Shown in pieces: positions 29,219-43,261 of a stretch of 64,000 nucleotides of DNA. A program made the position numbers and the translations under genes. The notes under the pieces are model-generated. The model was not told where the DNA came from. It worked only from the letters and a program-made list of their open reading frames with translations, and searched no databases. The number at the start of each line of letters is the position of its first letter. The stretch's first letter is position 1. Source of the DNA: Candidatus Krumholzibacteriia bacterium (GTDB lineage: Bacteria > Krumholzibacteriota > Krumholzibacteriia > WVZY01); NCBI GenBank assembly GCA_046754105.1, contig JBHHVD010000002.1, positions 1 to 64,000 on the forward strand, read 5' to 3'.

Positions 29219-30082
29219 TTACTGTACCTTGCCTCCGGATAGCATCAGCTTGAGTTTCTGCAACGCCCGTTTCTCTATCTGACGGATGCGCTCCCGCGAC
29301 ACACCGATCATCTTGCCCGTCTCGGCCAGCGTGCGCGGATGCCCGTCCGCCAGGCCGTAGCGGGTTCGCAAAATCTGTTGTTCCCGTTCACTGAGGTATT
29401 TCTCCATATATTCCGTAATCTGTTCGTTCTCCAGTTGGATCGATATGATCTTCTCGGGGCTTGGCGTATCCTGCTGCGCCGCGTCGGTGGACAGCTTCTG
29501 CAGGGCTTCGGCCGTTACGCTGAACTCCTCCGAGCGGATGCCGTGGATCAGGCTCTTGACCAGGCGGATCTTCTTGACGTTGACCCCGAGGTCTGTAGCG
29601 GCCCGTTCCTCGTCGGGCGCACGATCCGCGTACCGCTCCTCGAGTCGCAGGTAACGATTGATCAGTTGGTAGATGTGAATCGGGATCCGGATTGATTTCG
29701 ACTGGTTGGCGATGGCCCGCGTCATCGACTGCTTGATCCACAACGAAGCGTAGGTACTGAAACGAAATCCCTTTGAGTAATCAAACTTACCGGCGGCGCG
29801 GATCAGACCGATATTGCCCTCCTCGACGAGGTCGAGAAAACTGAGGCCCTGACCGAGGTAGCGCTTGGCGATGGTGACGACCAGGCGCAGGTTGGAAATG
29901 ATCAGAGTGCGCTTGGCCTCCTCGTCACCGCCCTCCATCACCGCCTTGCCGAGCGTCTGCTCCTCTTCGGCGCTCAGGAGCGGGTGTCGATTTATTTCGG
30001 AAAGGTAGCGGGTCTGAATATCATAGTCCCCGCCCGCCTGGGATGTGGTGCGTGCCGCTCCGGACTCCTTTTTCCTTGGCAT
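29219..30082 (-). CDS. RpoD/RpoS-family sigma-70 factor lacking region 1.1 (RpoS-like)
   Basis: YLSEI..PLLS, NLRLVVTIAKRY, DLVEEGNIGLI, FSTYA, VSRERIRQIE. Confidence 0.9.
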   Translation of the reverse strand: MPRKKESGAARTTSQAGGDYDIQTRYLSEINRHPLLSAEEEQTLGKAVMEGGDEEAKRTLIISNLRLVVTIAKRYLGQGLSFLDLVEEGNIGLIRAAGKFDYSKGFRFSTYASLWIKQSMTRAIANQSKSIRIPIHIYQLINRYLRLEERYADRAPDEERAATDLGVNVKKIRLVKSLIHGIRSEEFSVTAEALQKLSTDAAQQDTPSPEKIISIQLENEQITEYMEKYLSEREQQILRTRYGLADGHPRTLAETGKMIGVSRERIRQIEKRALQKLKLMLSGGKVQ

Positions 30083-30098
30083 ACTCGATCCCATGGAA

Positions 30099-30120
30099 GC
30101 CCCGGGGGGTTCCCCGGGGC
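30099..30120 (-). terminator. hairpin downstream of tRNA-Pro
   Basis: GCCCCGGGG/CCCCGGGGC inverted repeat. Confidence 0.45.
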
Positions 30121-30127
30121 GGTTCAA

Positions 30128-30205
<78 letters not shown>

Positions 30206-30415
30206 ACATCGATGATTTCCGGGATCGAGAGCCGGAGACGCCCGTGCCGCCCGACCTGAACCCAACCTAAGTCTTTAGAATGTAACATCTATTCGAATTC
30301 ATTCAACCACATCTTTCGGCGCTCCCGGGCGGCGATCCCCGAGGACGGCCGCCGGCTTTCGGGCGGGCCCGCCTGCGGTGTGGGTCGGAGGCCACGCCGC
30401 CCCATCTACAGCGGC

Positions 30416-30445
30416 TTGACCCGGGCGCGGGTACGGCATTACAAT
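30416..30445 (+). promoter_or_regulatory. sigma-70 promoter of metH
   Basis: TTGACC-N18-TACAAT. Confidence 0.5.
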
Positions 30446-30526
30446 ACATCCAATTACACACGCCCCCCGCCACCTGCGCGGGCCCGTAAACGCTTCCGCT
30501 CCAGACACGCATCCAGGAATGGGAAA

Positions 30527-34245
<3,719 letters not shown>

Positions 34246-34281
34246 GCGCACGAGCTCGTACGCGCTTCTGCGACACGCCCC

Positions 34282-34788
34282 TCACGGTGTCCCGCTCGAA
34301 ACTCCCCACACCGAAATCAATCCCAGCGCCGCCAGCGTGACTACGACACCGGCGATACAGATGCCGGCGAAGACGGCCGGCAGTGCCACGCGTTTCTTGA
34401 CACCGAAGAGGAATGCGGCCACGGTTCCGGTCCATGCTCCGGTGACCGGCAGCGGTATCGCGACGAACAGGACGAGTCCCAGGATCTCGAATCGCTCGAT
34501 CAAGCGGCCCTTGCGACGCGTGCGGGCGAAGAGCCAGTCGAAAAACCGGTCGAACGTCTTGTAGCGCCGAAGATACTCCGACACCGGACCGATCAAGTAC
34601 AGAATCGGAATGACGGGAATGAAATTTGCGATGACGGCAATCGAGTACGCCTCCTGCCACGGCATCTTGCCCACGGCAATCGCGTATGGAATGGCCCCTC
34701 GCAATTCTGAAATCGGGAGCATGGCCAGCACGGCGGTCGTCACCTCGTGCGGCGAGCTGGACATGAGGTCGATCAGTTTTTCTCGCAT
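34282..34788 (-). CDS. small multidrug export-like membrane protein (COG2426)
   Basis: MLPISELRGAIP, FVAIPLPVTGAWTG. Confidence 0.88.
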   Translation of the reverse strand: MREKLIDLMSSSPHEVTTAVLAMLPISELRGAIPYAIAVGKMPWQEAYSIAVIANFIPVIPILYLIGPVSEYLRRYKTFDRFFDWLFARTRRKGRLIERFEILGLVLFVAIPLPVTGAWTGTVAAFLFGVKKRVALPAVFAGICIAGVVVTLAALGLISVWGVSSGTP

Positions 34789-35468
34789 CGTGGGATCGCA
34801 GGTGGTTGGGGGGCGCCCGGGTGCTCCGCCGTACCGCGGACCAGGGGCACGAAGGAACAGTCCCTGAGTTTCTCGAGGTGGAACGAGTTGTGCCGGCGCG
34901 TGAGCTTGACGATGTGCTGTTTTGTCTTACCGTCGGCGACCGGCCCCAACAGAAACCCTCCCTCGGCCAACTGGGTCACGAGTGCCTCCGGCACCCCCGC
35001 GGCCGCCGCCGTCAACAGGATGCGGTCGAACGGGGCCCGCTCGCACCAGCCTCGGGCGCCGTCGCCGGTCTTTACAAAAACCGACTCGATACGCAGCCTG
35101 TCGAAGATCGCTTCCGCCCGCCGCGCCAGCCCGGGAATCCGCTCGATGGAACACACGTTCGACGCAAGCCGCGACAACACCGCGGCCTGGTAACCGGAAC
35201 CCGTCCCGATTTCCAGTATATTCTCGTTTCCCTGCAGTTCGAGTTCCTGGGCCAGGTAGGCCACCATGTACGGCTGTGACATGGTCTGCGCATGACCGAT
35301 CGGGAACGCGTGGTTGCTGTACGCTTCTGAACCCGCCTCGTGGTCGAGAAAAAGGTGCCTCGGAACGGCTTGCATCGCGTCGAGCACGCGAGGGTCGGTG
35401 ATGCCACCCGGGATGATCTGCTCGCGCACCATCCGCGCCCGCGCCACGGGGTAGTCCTGGAAGCTCAT
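34773..35468 (-). CDS. pcm: protein-L-isoaspartate O-methyltransferase
   Basis: VPRHLF, QTMSQP, LEIGTGSGYQ, APFDRI. Confidence 0.94.
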   Translation of the reverse strand: MSFQDYPVARARMVREQIIPGGITDPRVLDAMQAVPRHLFLDHEAGSEAYSNHAFPIGHAQTMSQPYMVAYLAQELELQGNENILEIGTGSGYQAAVLSRLASNVCSIERIPGLARRAEAIFDRLRIESVFVKTGDGARGWCERAPFDRILLTAAAAGVPEALVTQLAEGGFLLGPVADGKTKQHIVKLTRRHNSFHLEKLRDCSFVPLVRGTAEHPGAPQPPAIPRCEKN

Positions 35469-36220
35469 AGGTCGAAGCGCCACCTCTCCATTTCCACGAT
35501 GGATTTGTAGTGCGTCAGATCGAGATGCAGCGGCGTGATCGACACGTAGCCGCTGCGGATCGCGGCGATGTCAGTTCCCTCTTCGTCCTTCCACACGGGC
35601 TCGTCTTCTCCGCCGATTACGAAGCCCTTCTCACCCGTCTGGTCCCTTTGTTCCCGCAACAAATTGTCATACGCCCTCGAACCCAGGCGCGTGACCCGCG
35701 CACCCTTTATGGCGGAGATCTCGGGGTTCGGGATGTTGACATTCAGCAGCGAACCCTCCGGCAGGCCGTGCTTGAGTGCCGCTTCCACTATCGTCCGGGC
35801 CACGCGGCCGATCTCCTCAGTGCTCGAAACGCTCTTTTGCAGGGAGGAAAAGGCGATCGACGGCACGCCAAGTATGGTGCCCTCTATGGCGGCGGCGACC
35901 GTGCCGCTGTAGGTTACGTCTTCGCCCATGTTGGGACCGTGGTTCACGCCGGAAATTACCAGGTCCGGCTTGCGGTCCAGCAGTACCTCGATCGCCAGCA
36001 GCACGCAGTCCGTCGGTGTACCGTCGACCGTGTGGCGGTTGTCGCCCAGGCAGCGGGTGGCGATCTGCTTGCGCAGCGTCAAGGAGTGGCTGCTGGCGCT
36101 TTGCTGGTTGAGAGGCGCCACGACGGAGATATCGCCCAGAGCTTCCATGGCGTCTACCAGCACCTGCAGGCCGGCCGCGTCGTGGCCGTCATCGTTGGTG
36201 AGCAGGATTGCGAGGGACAT
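35465..36220 (-). CDS. surE: 5'/3'-nucleotidase SurE
   Basis: ILLTNDDG, GTPTDC, SGVNHGPN, YSGTVAAA. Confidence 0.96.
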   Translation of the reverse strand: MSLAILLTNDDGHDAAGLQVLVDAMEALGDISVVAPLNQQSASSHSLTLRKQIATRCLGDNRHTVDGTPTDCVLLAIEVLLDRKPDLVISGVNHGPNMGEDVTYSGTVAAAIEGTILGVPSIAFSSLQKSVSSTEEIGRVARTIVEAALKHGLPEGSLLNVNIPNPEISAIKGARVTRLGSRAYDNLLREQRDQTGEKGFVIGGEDEPVWKDEEGTDIAAIRSGYVSITPLHLDLTHYKSIVEMERWRFDL

Positions 36221-36256
36221 GATTTCAACCTTTCGCGCGACAAAGTTCGCCCGAGC

Positions 36257-36943
36257 CTACCAGAAGAGGCTCTTTAGCACCAGCCGCAAAAATCGCAGCG
36301 TATCGACCAGCGGGTTGACCCCGCTCTTTTCCGTGCCGTAGATCGTCTCGACCGGGACGGAATCGATTTTCGCCCCGGCCCGGCCCGCCTTGATCAAGAT
36401 TTCGGACTCGGTATCGTAGCGCGTCGTCTCCAGTCGCAAACGGTCGAAAAGAGAGGTCCTCAGCATCCGGTAGCCGTTTTGCGAATCGGGGACGCGGGCG
36501 TGGGCCCGCAGCGACACAAAGGCGGAGGTCACGCGGTTGGCGAAAACCCGCAGGGGTGGCATGTCGCCCCGCTCGCCCATGCGGTTGCCGACGATGACGT
36601 CGGCGCCGGTTGCTGCTTGCCGCTCGATGAAACGCGGTATTTCATCCGGATTGTGTTGCCCATCGGCGTCGAGTGTGATTACGAATTGCATGTCGAGCGA
36701 CCGTGCCTTGTCGATCCCGGAGGCAAGCGCCGCCCCCTTGCCCAAGTTGCGCGGATGAACGACCACGTGCACGCCGTGCGCGCGGGCGAGTGCCCCGCTG
36801 CCATCGTCAGAACCGTCGTCGACCACGATTACCGGCAGCTTGAAGACCGCCACGCGCTCCAGGACACCGGCGAGATGACGGGCAGCGTTCCACGCGGGAA
36901 TCACCACCGCGGTGGCACCCAGGGCTGCCTTAGATGCGATCAA
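36257..36943 (-). CDS. family 2 glycosyltransferase (DPM-synthase-like)
   Basis: IPAWN, VVDDGS, NLGKG, DADGQH, DSQNGYR. Confidence 0.9.
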   Translation of the reverse strand: MIASKAALGATAVVIPAWNAARHLAGVLERVAVFKLPVIVVDDGSDDGSGALARAHGVHVVVHPRNLGKGAALASGIDKARSLDMQFVITLDADGQHNPDEIPRFIERQAATGADVIVGNRMGERGDMPPLRVFANRVTSAFVSLRAHARVPDSQNGYRMLRTSLFDRLRLETTRYDTESEILIKAGRAGAKIDSVPVETIYGTEKSGVNPLVDTLRFLRLVLKSLFW

Positions 36944-37781
36944 AGTTGAACCACTGGTCGGGGTGCCGGGAGATGAAGGTTTCCATGTCGCCGCGGCAGT
37001 CTTCCTGCAGCCGCACCATCGCCCCCTCGTACCCGAGACTCCGGTCCGGAAAATGAGGACCGTTGTGGACGAATCGAAAACCGTTGCGCCCGTTGAAGAG
37101 GCAGGCCGTCGTCACTACGGGCACGCCGCAACGCACGGCCAGCGCCGCGTGTCCGATCGGCAGTTCGAACCGATGACCGAACATGCGCGAGACGCGTTTG
37201 CGCCCGCCGTACGGTCGGTCGATGAGGAGGACGATGCTCTTGCCTTCACGAAGCACCCGCTGCAACGAGCCTGCCGATGCACGGCCCATGGACACCCCCT
37301 CGATCCCCGCGTGGGAGCGTCGTTCATCAAAGAAACGCGTGACGTGACGGGAAGGATGCGGAAACGCGATGGTGGCCAGCTCGATGCCGAGCGCGGCCAG
37401 ACAGGCTCCGCCCACCTCCCAGGCACCCAGGTGGGGCCCGGCGAGGATGAACGCGCCCTTGCGGCGCAGGTCTCGCGTCACTTCGTCGAGGCCGTCGTAA
37501 TCGCAGTTCGCCCTGAGTTCTTCCGGGTCGATAAAAGGCAGTCGCAGGAAATAACAGATGCTCCGCGCAAAGTTCGAGAAGACGGCCCGCGTTACCCTGC
37601 GGCGCTCCATCTCCGTCGCCTCCGGGATGATCCGGCGCAGGTTGTGCATGACGTTCCCCCGCGAACGGCGGCGGAACACGTATTGGGTCTTGAGGATCGC
37701 TTCGGTAATAGATTCTGAGACTTCGGGAGGCAGACGCCGCGCAAAAAATGCGCCGAGCTTATAACAGGCGACACTGATCAT
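36930..37781 (-). CDS. LpxL/PatA-family lipid acyltransferase
   Basis: HLGAWE, LLIDR, HPDQWFNF. Confidence 0.85.
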   Translation of the reverse strand: MISVACYKLGAFFARRLPPEVSESITEAILKTQYVFRRRSRGNVMHNLRRIIPEATEMERRRVTRAVFSNFARSICYFLRLPFIDPEELRANCDYDGLDEVTRDLRRKGAFILAGPHLGAWEVGGACLAALGIELATIAFPHPSRHVTRFFDERRSHAGIEGVSMGRASAGSLQRVLREGKSIVLLIDRPYGGRKRVSRMFGHRFELPIGHAALAVRCGVPVVTTACLFNGRNGFRFVHNGPHFPDRSLGYEGAMVRLQEDCRGDMETFISRHPDQWFNFDRI

Positions 37782-37877
37782 TCACTCGCTACACCCACCT
37801 GACACCGTCACCGGCGATTGAGGTGCATTCCGGTTCAGGTCGCCGCATGCGGATACGGGTCAACGAACGCAAAAAAA

Positions 37878-37955
37878 TGGTCGGGGCGACTGGATTTGAA
37901 CCAGCGACCACTTGTCCCCCAGACAAGTGCGCTAACCGGGCTGCGCTACGCCCCG
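37878..37955 (-). tRNA. tRNA-Pro(GGG)
   Basis: CGGGGCG...CGCCCCGACCA; anticodon loop CT-GGG-GG. Confidence 0.96.
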
Positions 37956-37993
37956 ACCTACGTATCTTACAATAACACTGGAACTTGACGGAT

Positions 37994-38395
37994 TCAAGCG
38001 GAATCGACCTCTTCCTGCTTCTTCACACCCTTTTCCACCATGCCGCGCAGCTCTTCCAGTTCGTCCTTGATCGTCGATAAGATCGCCCGCGCGTGCGGGT
38101 CGGCAAACGGGATCTGCAGCTGGTCGATCAAGGGGTCGGGGTTGCCGTAGTGCTCCTGGAGCTTCTTGCGCGCGCCGCTTATGGTGAACTTCTCCCGGTA
38201 GAGCAGGTCCTTGATGACCAGAACCGCCTTGATTTCCTTCGGGCGGTAGTTGCGATTCCCCGCGCGATTCTTCTTCGGGCGCAGACTGGGAAATTCCGTT
38301 TCCCAATAGCGCAGCACGTGTGCCTTGACACCGGTCATAGCGGCAACTTCGCTGATGGAGTAGTACATCTTGGCCGAACCGGTCTTGTACCTCAT
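37994..38395 (-). CDS. MerR-family regulator
   Basis: YYSISEVA, HVLRYWETEF, FTISGARKKL. Confidence 0.92.
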   Translation of the reverse strand: MRYKTGSAKMYYSISEVAAMTGVKAHVLRYWETEFPSLRPKKNRAGNRNYRPKEIKAVLVIKDLLYREKFTISGARKKLQEHYGNPDPLIDQLQIPFADPHARAILSTIKDELEELRGMVEKGVKKQEEVDSA

Positions 38396-38397
38396 AC

Positions 38398-39432
38398 CTA
38401 CCCCCTTTCTGGATCACCTGTCGCCATCCAACTCATCTCTTTCTGCGGAGGCCGGTTCATCAGCTCGTTTATGGCCTGCCGCGGATCTTTCCCAGCGTAC
38501 AGCACCTCATGAATACTCTCGATGATGGGTAGCTCCAGCCCCAGTCTCTCGCCGACCGAGACGGCGGCCCGCGTGGTGCGCACACCCTCGGCAACCATCA
38601 CCATCTCCCCGAGAATTTTTTCCAGGGACTCGCCGCGACCGATCTTTTCGCCGACGTGGCGGTTGCGGCTGTGCTTGCTCAGACAGGTCGCGATCATATC
38701 GCCGACACCGGCGAGCCCGAAAAACGTTTCCCGTCGTGCGCCCAGCGCCGTGCCCAGCCGGCTGATCTCGACCAGGCCGCGCGTCAACAGGGCCGCCTTG
38801 GTGTTGTCACCGTAGCCGAGCCCGTCGCAGACCCCCGCCGCGATCGCGATAATGTTCTTTAGCGCCACTCCGATCTCGACGCCTGCCAGGTCACCGTTGG
38901 TGTACACCCGAAAATAGGGCCCGAAGAACGTCTCCTGCACGGTCTTGACGACCGTCTCGTCGACGCCGGCCACCACCACCGACGTCGGCATCTTGCGGCT
39001 GACTTCCTCCGCGTGGCTCGGCCCACTTATCGTACAGACCCTACCTGCTTCTACGGGCAGCTCGTCCAGCAACACTTCGCTCATGCGCTTGAGCGTTTTT
39101 TCCTCCAGGCCCTTCGCCGCGTTTACGACGATCGCCCGCGGATCGAGCTTGCCGCTCGCCGCAACCTCTGATGCCACGGCACGCACGATGTGGCTCGGCA
39201 CCACGAACAAGACGAGGCTCGCACCTTCGAGGGCTGCACCAAGGCTGGCCTCGATGGTGACCGTTTCGGGCAGCGGGACGCCGGGCAGGAACTTCTTGTT
39301 CTCCCCGTCGCGTTTCATTGCCGAGGCCTGCGCGCGGTCGAACTCCCACATCGTCACCCCGTGTCCGTTTTCGTGGAGCAGAATGCCGAGCGTCGTCCCC
39401 CAACTTCCCGCCCCAAGAACCGCAATGGTCAT
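38398..39432 (-). CDS. gpsA: NAD(P)H-dependent glycerol-3-phosphate dehydrogenase
   Basis: GAGSWG, SGPSHAEEV, ALKNIIAIAAG, SRN. Confidence 0.96.
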   Translation of the reverse strand: MTIAVLGAGSWGTTLGILLHENGHGVTMWEFDRAQASAMKRDGENKKFLPGVPLPETVTIEASLGAALEGASLVLFVVPSHIVRAVASEVAASGKLDPRAIVVNAAKGLEEKTLKRMSEVLLDELPVEAGRVCTISGPSHAEEVSRKMPTSVVVAGVDETVVKTVQETFFGPYFRVYTNGDLAGVEIGVALKNIIAIAAGVCDGLGYGDNTKAALLTRGLVEISRLGTALGARRETFFGLAGVGDMIATCLSKHSRNRHVGEKIGRGESLEKILGEMVMVAEGVRTTRAAVSVGERLGLELPIIESIHEVLYAGKDPRQAINELMNRPPQKEMSWMATGDPERG

Positions 39433-39447
39433 CGGTATTCCCTTTCC

Positions 39448-40077
39448 CTATTTCCTTTGGCGTTGCAGCGCCGGTTCCTGACCCGCCACGAGACGACGGA
39501 TGTTGCTGCGGTGCTTTGTCAGCACCACGGCCGTGATGGCGGCCGCCAACGCGAGCAGCGACCAGTGATACGATGCAAAACCAAACCAGTCGAGAACAAA
39601 TACCACGACCGGCAGCGCCACCGCTGCGCTCATGCTCGCCACCGAGACGATGCGCGTGGCGCCCAGGACGATTGCAAACACCACGAAGGCCCACAGCAAT
39701 ACGAGGGGGGCCAGGGCCATAAAAGCTCCCGCCGTCGTCGCTACGCCCTTGCCACCCTTGAAACCGACGAAAAGCGAGAACATATGTCCGATCACCGCGG
39801 AGAAACCGGCTGCGAGCATCAGCCAGTGTCCGGGGACCTCGCTCGCGGCGGCGAGGTCCGGCGCAAAATAGGCCGGCGCAAAGCCCTTGGCGACGTCCGC
39901 AACCAGTACGAGAATCGCGACCCACGGCCCCAGGTAGCGAAACGAGTTGGACGCTCCGAGGTTACCACTGCCGTGTTCCCTCAGATCGATGCCGGCGAAT
40001 GCCTTTCCCGCCATATAACTGAAAGGCACGGCACCGGCGATGTAGCCGACCGCAATTACAATGAGCAAACCCATCAT
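39448..40077 (-). CDS. plsY: glycerol-3-phosphate acyltransferase
   Basis: GSGNLGASN, GH..FKGGKGVAT, HRSNIRRL. Confidence 0.95.
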   Translation of the reverse strand: MMGLLIVIAVGYIAGAVPFSYMAGKAFAGIDLREHGSGNLGASNSFRYLGPWVAILVLVADVAKGFAPAYFAPDLAAASEVPGHWLMLAAGFSAVIGHMFSLFVGFKGGKGVATTAGAFMALAPLVLLWAFVVFAIVLGATRIVSVASMSAAVALPVVVFVLDWFGFASYHWSLLALAAAITAVVLTKHRSNIRRLVAGQEPALQRQRK

Positions 40078-40091
40078 GAGCGGTCCCGTTT

Positions 40092-41402
40092 CTATTGCTT
40101 GTCCACCAGTTTTATGCGAATCACCGTGCCCTCGAACGAATAACGGTCACGCAGGCGATTGTTGAGAAACCTCACGTAGGCCCTCCCGAAGTAGGCCCGT
40201 TTGTTGACAAAACAACTGAACGTCGGTGGCGAGACATCCACCTGCGTGACGTAATAAATCTTGCCGTTTCCACCTCCGTATGACGGCGGCGGGTTTCTCT
40301 CGATCACTTCTTCCAGGAAGCGGTTGACTTCGCTCGTCGGGAGCCGGGTTTCCCGCGCCTCCTTGACCCGCCACACGATTTCCAGGATACGGCTCACCCG
40401 CTGGCCGGTCACCGCCGAGGTGAAAAGAACCGGCGCGTACGACGCAAACTTGAATGCCCGGCGGACCTTCTTCTCGAATTGCGGCACGGTCGAGTTGTCT
40501 TTGTCGGCGACGAGGTCCCACTTGTTGACGCAGAATATCAGTCCTTTGCCGGCACGGTGCGCGTAACTCGTGACCTTCATGTCCTGATTGGCGATGTCCC
40601 GCGACGCGTCGACGACCATGACCACGACGTCCGCCCGTGAAATGGCATCGATGCTCTTTAACGCCGAGAGCGACGTGAGACCGTCTTTGCTGCGCGACTG
40701 GCGCCGGATCCCCGCCGTGTCCACCAGTGTCACCTGCTTCGAGAACCAGCGCATCGTAACGTCCACGCTGTCCCTTGTCGTGCCCGGCCGCGAATCGACG
40801 ATCGTGGTCTCCTTGCCGAGCATTGCATTGATCAGGCTCGACTTGCCCACGTTGGGCCGCCCAACGATCGCCAACTTCACGTCCTCATGATTCGAGCTCG
40901 GTCCTCGCCGGGGCAGCTCCGCGACGACCTCGTCCAGCAGATCGCCCACTCCCTGTCCGTGAAGCGCGCTGATCGCGTGAATCCGCTCGAAGCCCAATTC
41001 AAAGAACTCGGCCTCCGAATGGCGATTCTTCTCGGACTTGTTCACCACCAGAAACACCGGCGCCTCGATTTCGCGCAGGCGATTGGCCACGTCGATATCG
41101 GGCCCGGTGATCCCCGTCTCGGCGTCGGTGACGAATATCATGACATCGGAGCCCAAGGCTTCCTGCCAGGCCCTCTTTTCCACTTCGTGGACTAACTCAT
41201 CGGCGATCCCGGAGAAGAGTCCGCCGGTGTCGATCAACTCGAACGCCACACCCGTCCACTCGGTCTCGATACGCTGCACGTCCCGCGTCACCCCGGGCGT
41301 CGGATGAACCAGCGCCCGCCGTTTGCGGGTAATACGGTTGAACAGAGTCGACTTTCCCACGTTGGGTCTGCCGACGATTGCCACCCGCGAAGGCCGTTTC
41401 AT
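40092..41402 (-). CDS. der: ribosome biogenesis GTPase Der
   Basis: Two GRPNVGKS G-domains, DTGG/DTAG, NKWD. Confidence 0.96.
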   Translation of the reverse strand: MKRPSRVAIVGRPNVGKSTLFNRITRKRRALVHPTPGVTRDVQRIETEWTGVAFELIDTGGLFSGIADELVHEVEKRAWQEALGSDVMIFVTDAETGITGPDIDVANRLREIEAPVFLVVNKSEKNRHSEAEFFELGFERIHAISALHGQGVGDLLDEVVAELPRRGPSSNHEDVKLAIVGRPNVGKSSLINAMLGKETTIVDSRPGTTRDSVDVTMRWFSKQVTLVDTAGIRRQSRSKDGLTSLSALKSIDAISRADVVVMVVDASRDIANQDMKVTSYAHRAGKGLIFCVNKWDLVADKDNSTVPQFEKKVRRAFKFASYAPVLFTSAVTGQRVSRILEIVWRVKEARETRLPTSEVNRFLEEVIERNPPPSYGGGNGKIYYVTQVDVSPPTFSCFVNKRAYFGRAYVRFLNNRLRDRYSFEGTVIRIKLVDKQ

Positions 41403-41422
41403 TCCCGCCCCACCTGCTCCGA

Positions 41423-42193
41423 TCAATTGCGCGAGGGGTCAGAAGCCGACGCAACGGCCTGCAGCACGCGAACCACGTCGTTGCCGGCGACCGGCCGGTC
41501 ACCGGCCGCGGGATCCGGCCCGCCCGTCGTGGTTACGGCACTTCTAACTCCTTGTGGATACAACAGTTGCTCGAACACTGCCCGCCTGACGCCGACGCGC
41601 AGAGCCAGGCGTCGCAACACGAAATAGAAAGCGGCACGGGTGACCACGCGCTCGGAATGAAAACCACCGTCGGCGAGGCGCGCCATCACGCCCGAGGCCA
41701 GCGCGCTGCGGATGGGGACGGCAAGCGGCGGCTGCCCCTGCACGCGCTCTCTCGAGCGCGGGTCTGGTGGAAGCTTCTCACCGAAAAAGGAGTGAATCAA
41801 CGATGCAAGGTCCCCCCTCGACACGGTGGATTGCGCGCGGACGGTCCGGGGGGAGACGCCGGCGTGTTGCGCCGCCGCGGCGAGATACTCGTCGAATCGA
41901 AGGCCGCCGCCCAGGCGCTTGCCCGCGGCGAACGCTTCCAGGGCACGCGGGTAATCCGAAACTGCCATATACGTTCGCCCCAGGTAGAGATAAGCGGTCC
42001 GGCGCTCTTCGTCGTTATCCAGGCTGGAGGTCAAACGGCTCAGGACGCGCTCCGCGTCCACGTAATCACCTTCGATATAGAGGGCGATGGCACCATCCAC
42101 TGCCCTACCGCCCTTGTGCGAGCGGGCGCAGCCCGTCACGGCGAGCGCGACCGCAACGCTGACGTATAACGGTTTTTCGAAACAGCCAATCAA
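41423..42193 (-). CDS. lipoprotein with TPR and SLH-like repeats
   Basis: Lipobox AVTG-C, TPR (AYLYLGRTY), SLH-like GVM...GGFH...VTRA; TTG start chosen downstream of tRNA-Gly. Confidence 0.6.
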   Translation of the reverse strand: MIGCFEKPLYVSVAVALAVTGCARSHKGGRAVDGAIALYIEGDYVDAERVLSRLTSSLDNDEERRTAYLYLGRTYMAVSDYPRALEAFAAGKRLGGGLRFDEYLAAAAQHAGVSPRTVRAQSTVSRGDLASLIHSFFGEKLPPDPRSRERVQGQPPLAVPIRSALASGVMARLADGGFHSERVVTRAAFYFVLRRLALRVGVRRAVFEQLLYPQGVRSAVTTTGGPDPAAGDRPVAGNDVVRVLQAVASASDPSRN

Positions 42194-42210
42194 CGATATC
42201 GTCTCATTTT

Positions 42211-42286
42211 TGGAGCGGGCAACGGGACTCGAACCCGCGACCCTCAGCTTGGGAAGCTGATACTCTACCAACTGAGTTATGCCCGC
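42211..42286 (-). tRNA. tRNA-Gly(CCC)
   Basis: GCGGGCA...TGCCCGCTCCA; anticodon loop TT-CCC-AA. Confidence 0.96.
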
Positions 42287-42322
42287 CCGGTTAACGAGTG
42301 TTTTTTTATCATCTTAGCTTAC

Positions 42323-43261
42323 TTATGTCAAGTGAGATTTAAAGTCGTCATTCCCTCGAATCAACCCGGCGATCACCGACACGGGTTCCGTTGCCGTGAC
42401 ATCTACCCAATGCGCGCCGCCGACGCTGCGAAAAAACGTTTCCTGTCGCTTGGCGTACTGCTGCGTCTGGGTTATCACCTCATCCACGCATGCGTCCGGC
42501 GCACCACCTGCGATGATGGCGCGGGCAATCACGGCGTACCCGAGGCTGCCCATGGCGGGTGCGTCGGGCCGAACCCCCGAGGCAAGGAGTCCCCGCACCT
42601 CCTCCACCCATCCGGACTCGAACATCTCGCGCGTGCGGTCCGCGATGCGGCGGCGAAGCCTCGCCCGCGGCAGCGTCAGGACGATTCGCAGTCCGCACCA
42701 CGGGTGTCTGCGTTTCTGCTCCTTGATCAGGCGGCTGTGCGGTTTGCCCGTGTAGTCGTGGATTTCCAGGGCGCGCATGATGCGTACGCGATCGTTGCGA
42801 GAGAGCTCGCCCGCGCGTTCCGGATCGCGACGGAGCAGTTCCGCGTAGAGCGCCCCGGTCGCCCAATCGCCGAGCCGCCCGCGAATGGCTTCGAGGTCCG
42901 CTTCCGGTATGCGGACGTGAATGAGTCCTTCGAAGAGCACCCGGAAATAGAAGCCGGTGCCCCCGACAAAGAAAGGAATCCCTCCAGCAGCCGCGATTCC
43001 CTCCGCCACGTCCAGCGCGCGCGCCACATGCCGCCCCGCGTTGTTCGCCTCGTCGGGGTCCAGAACGTCTATTAAGTGGTGGGCGACGCGGTCGCGGTCC
43101 GCCTCGGCGACCTTCGCCGTACCGATGTCGAGACCACGGTAGACCTGGCGCGAGTCCATGGAGATGATCTCGCCGCCAAACGACCGTGCCAGTTCGATCG
43201 CCACGCGCGACTTGCCGCTGGCCGTCGCTCCCATGATTGCGACGCCGGGGTACGAGGTCAT
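42323..43261 (-). CDS. miaA: tRNA dimethylallyltransferase
   Basis: GATASGKS, DSRQVYRGLDIGTAK, VGGTGFY, YAKRQ; TAATG coupling with mutL. Confidence 0.96.
   Translation of the reverse strand: MTSYPGVAIMGATASGKSRVAIELARSFGGEIISMDSRQVYRGLDIGTAKVAEADRDRVAHHLIDVLDPDEANNAGRHVARALDVAEGIAAAGGIPFFVGGTGFYFRVLFEGLIHVRIPEADLEAIRGRLGDWATGALYAELLRRDPERAGELSRNDRVRIMRALEIHDYTGKPHSRLIKEQKRRHPWCGLRIVLTLPRARLRRRIADRTREMFESGWVEEVRGLLASGVRPDAPAMGSLGYAVIARAIIAGGAPDACVDEVITQTQQYAKRQETFFRSVGGAHWVDVTATEPVSVIAGLIRGNDDFKSHLT

Noticed and set aside
30446..30526. SAM or cobalamin riboswitch before metH
   Set aside because: The leader is short and has no recognisable conserved riboswitch motifs.
42194..42271. Extended N-terminus of ORF 41423..42271 (likewise extensions to 28626 and 30127)
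   Set aside because: These extensions run into tRNA genes or their 3' hairpin; the true starts are downstream.
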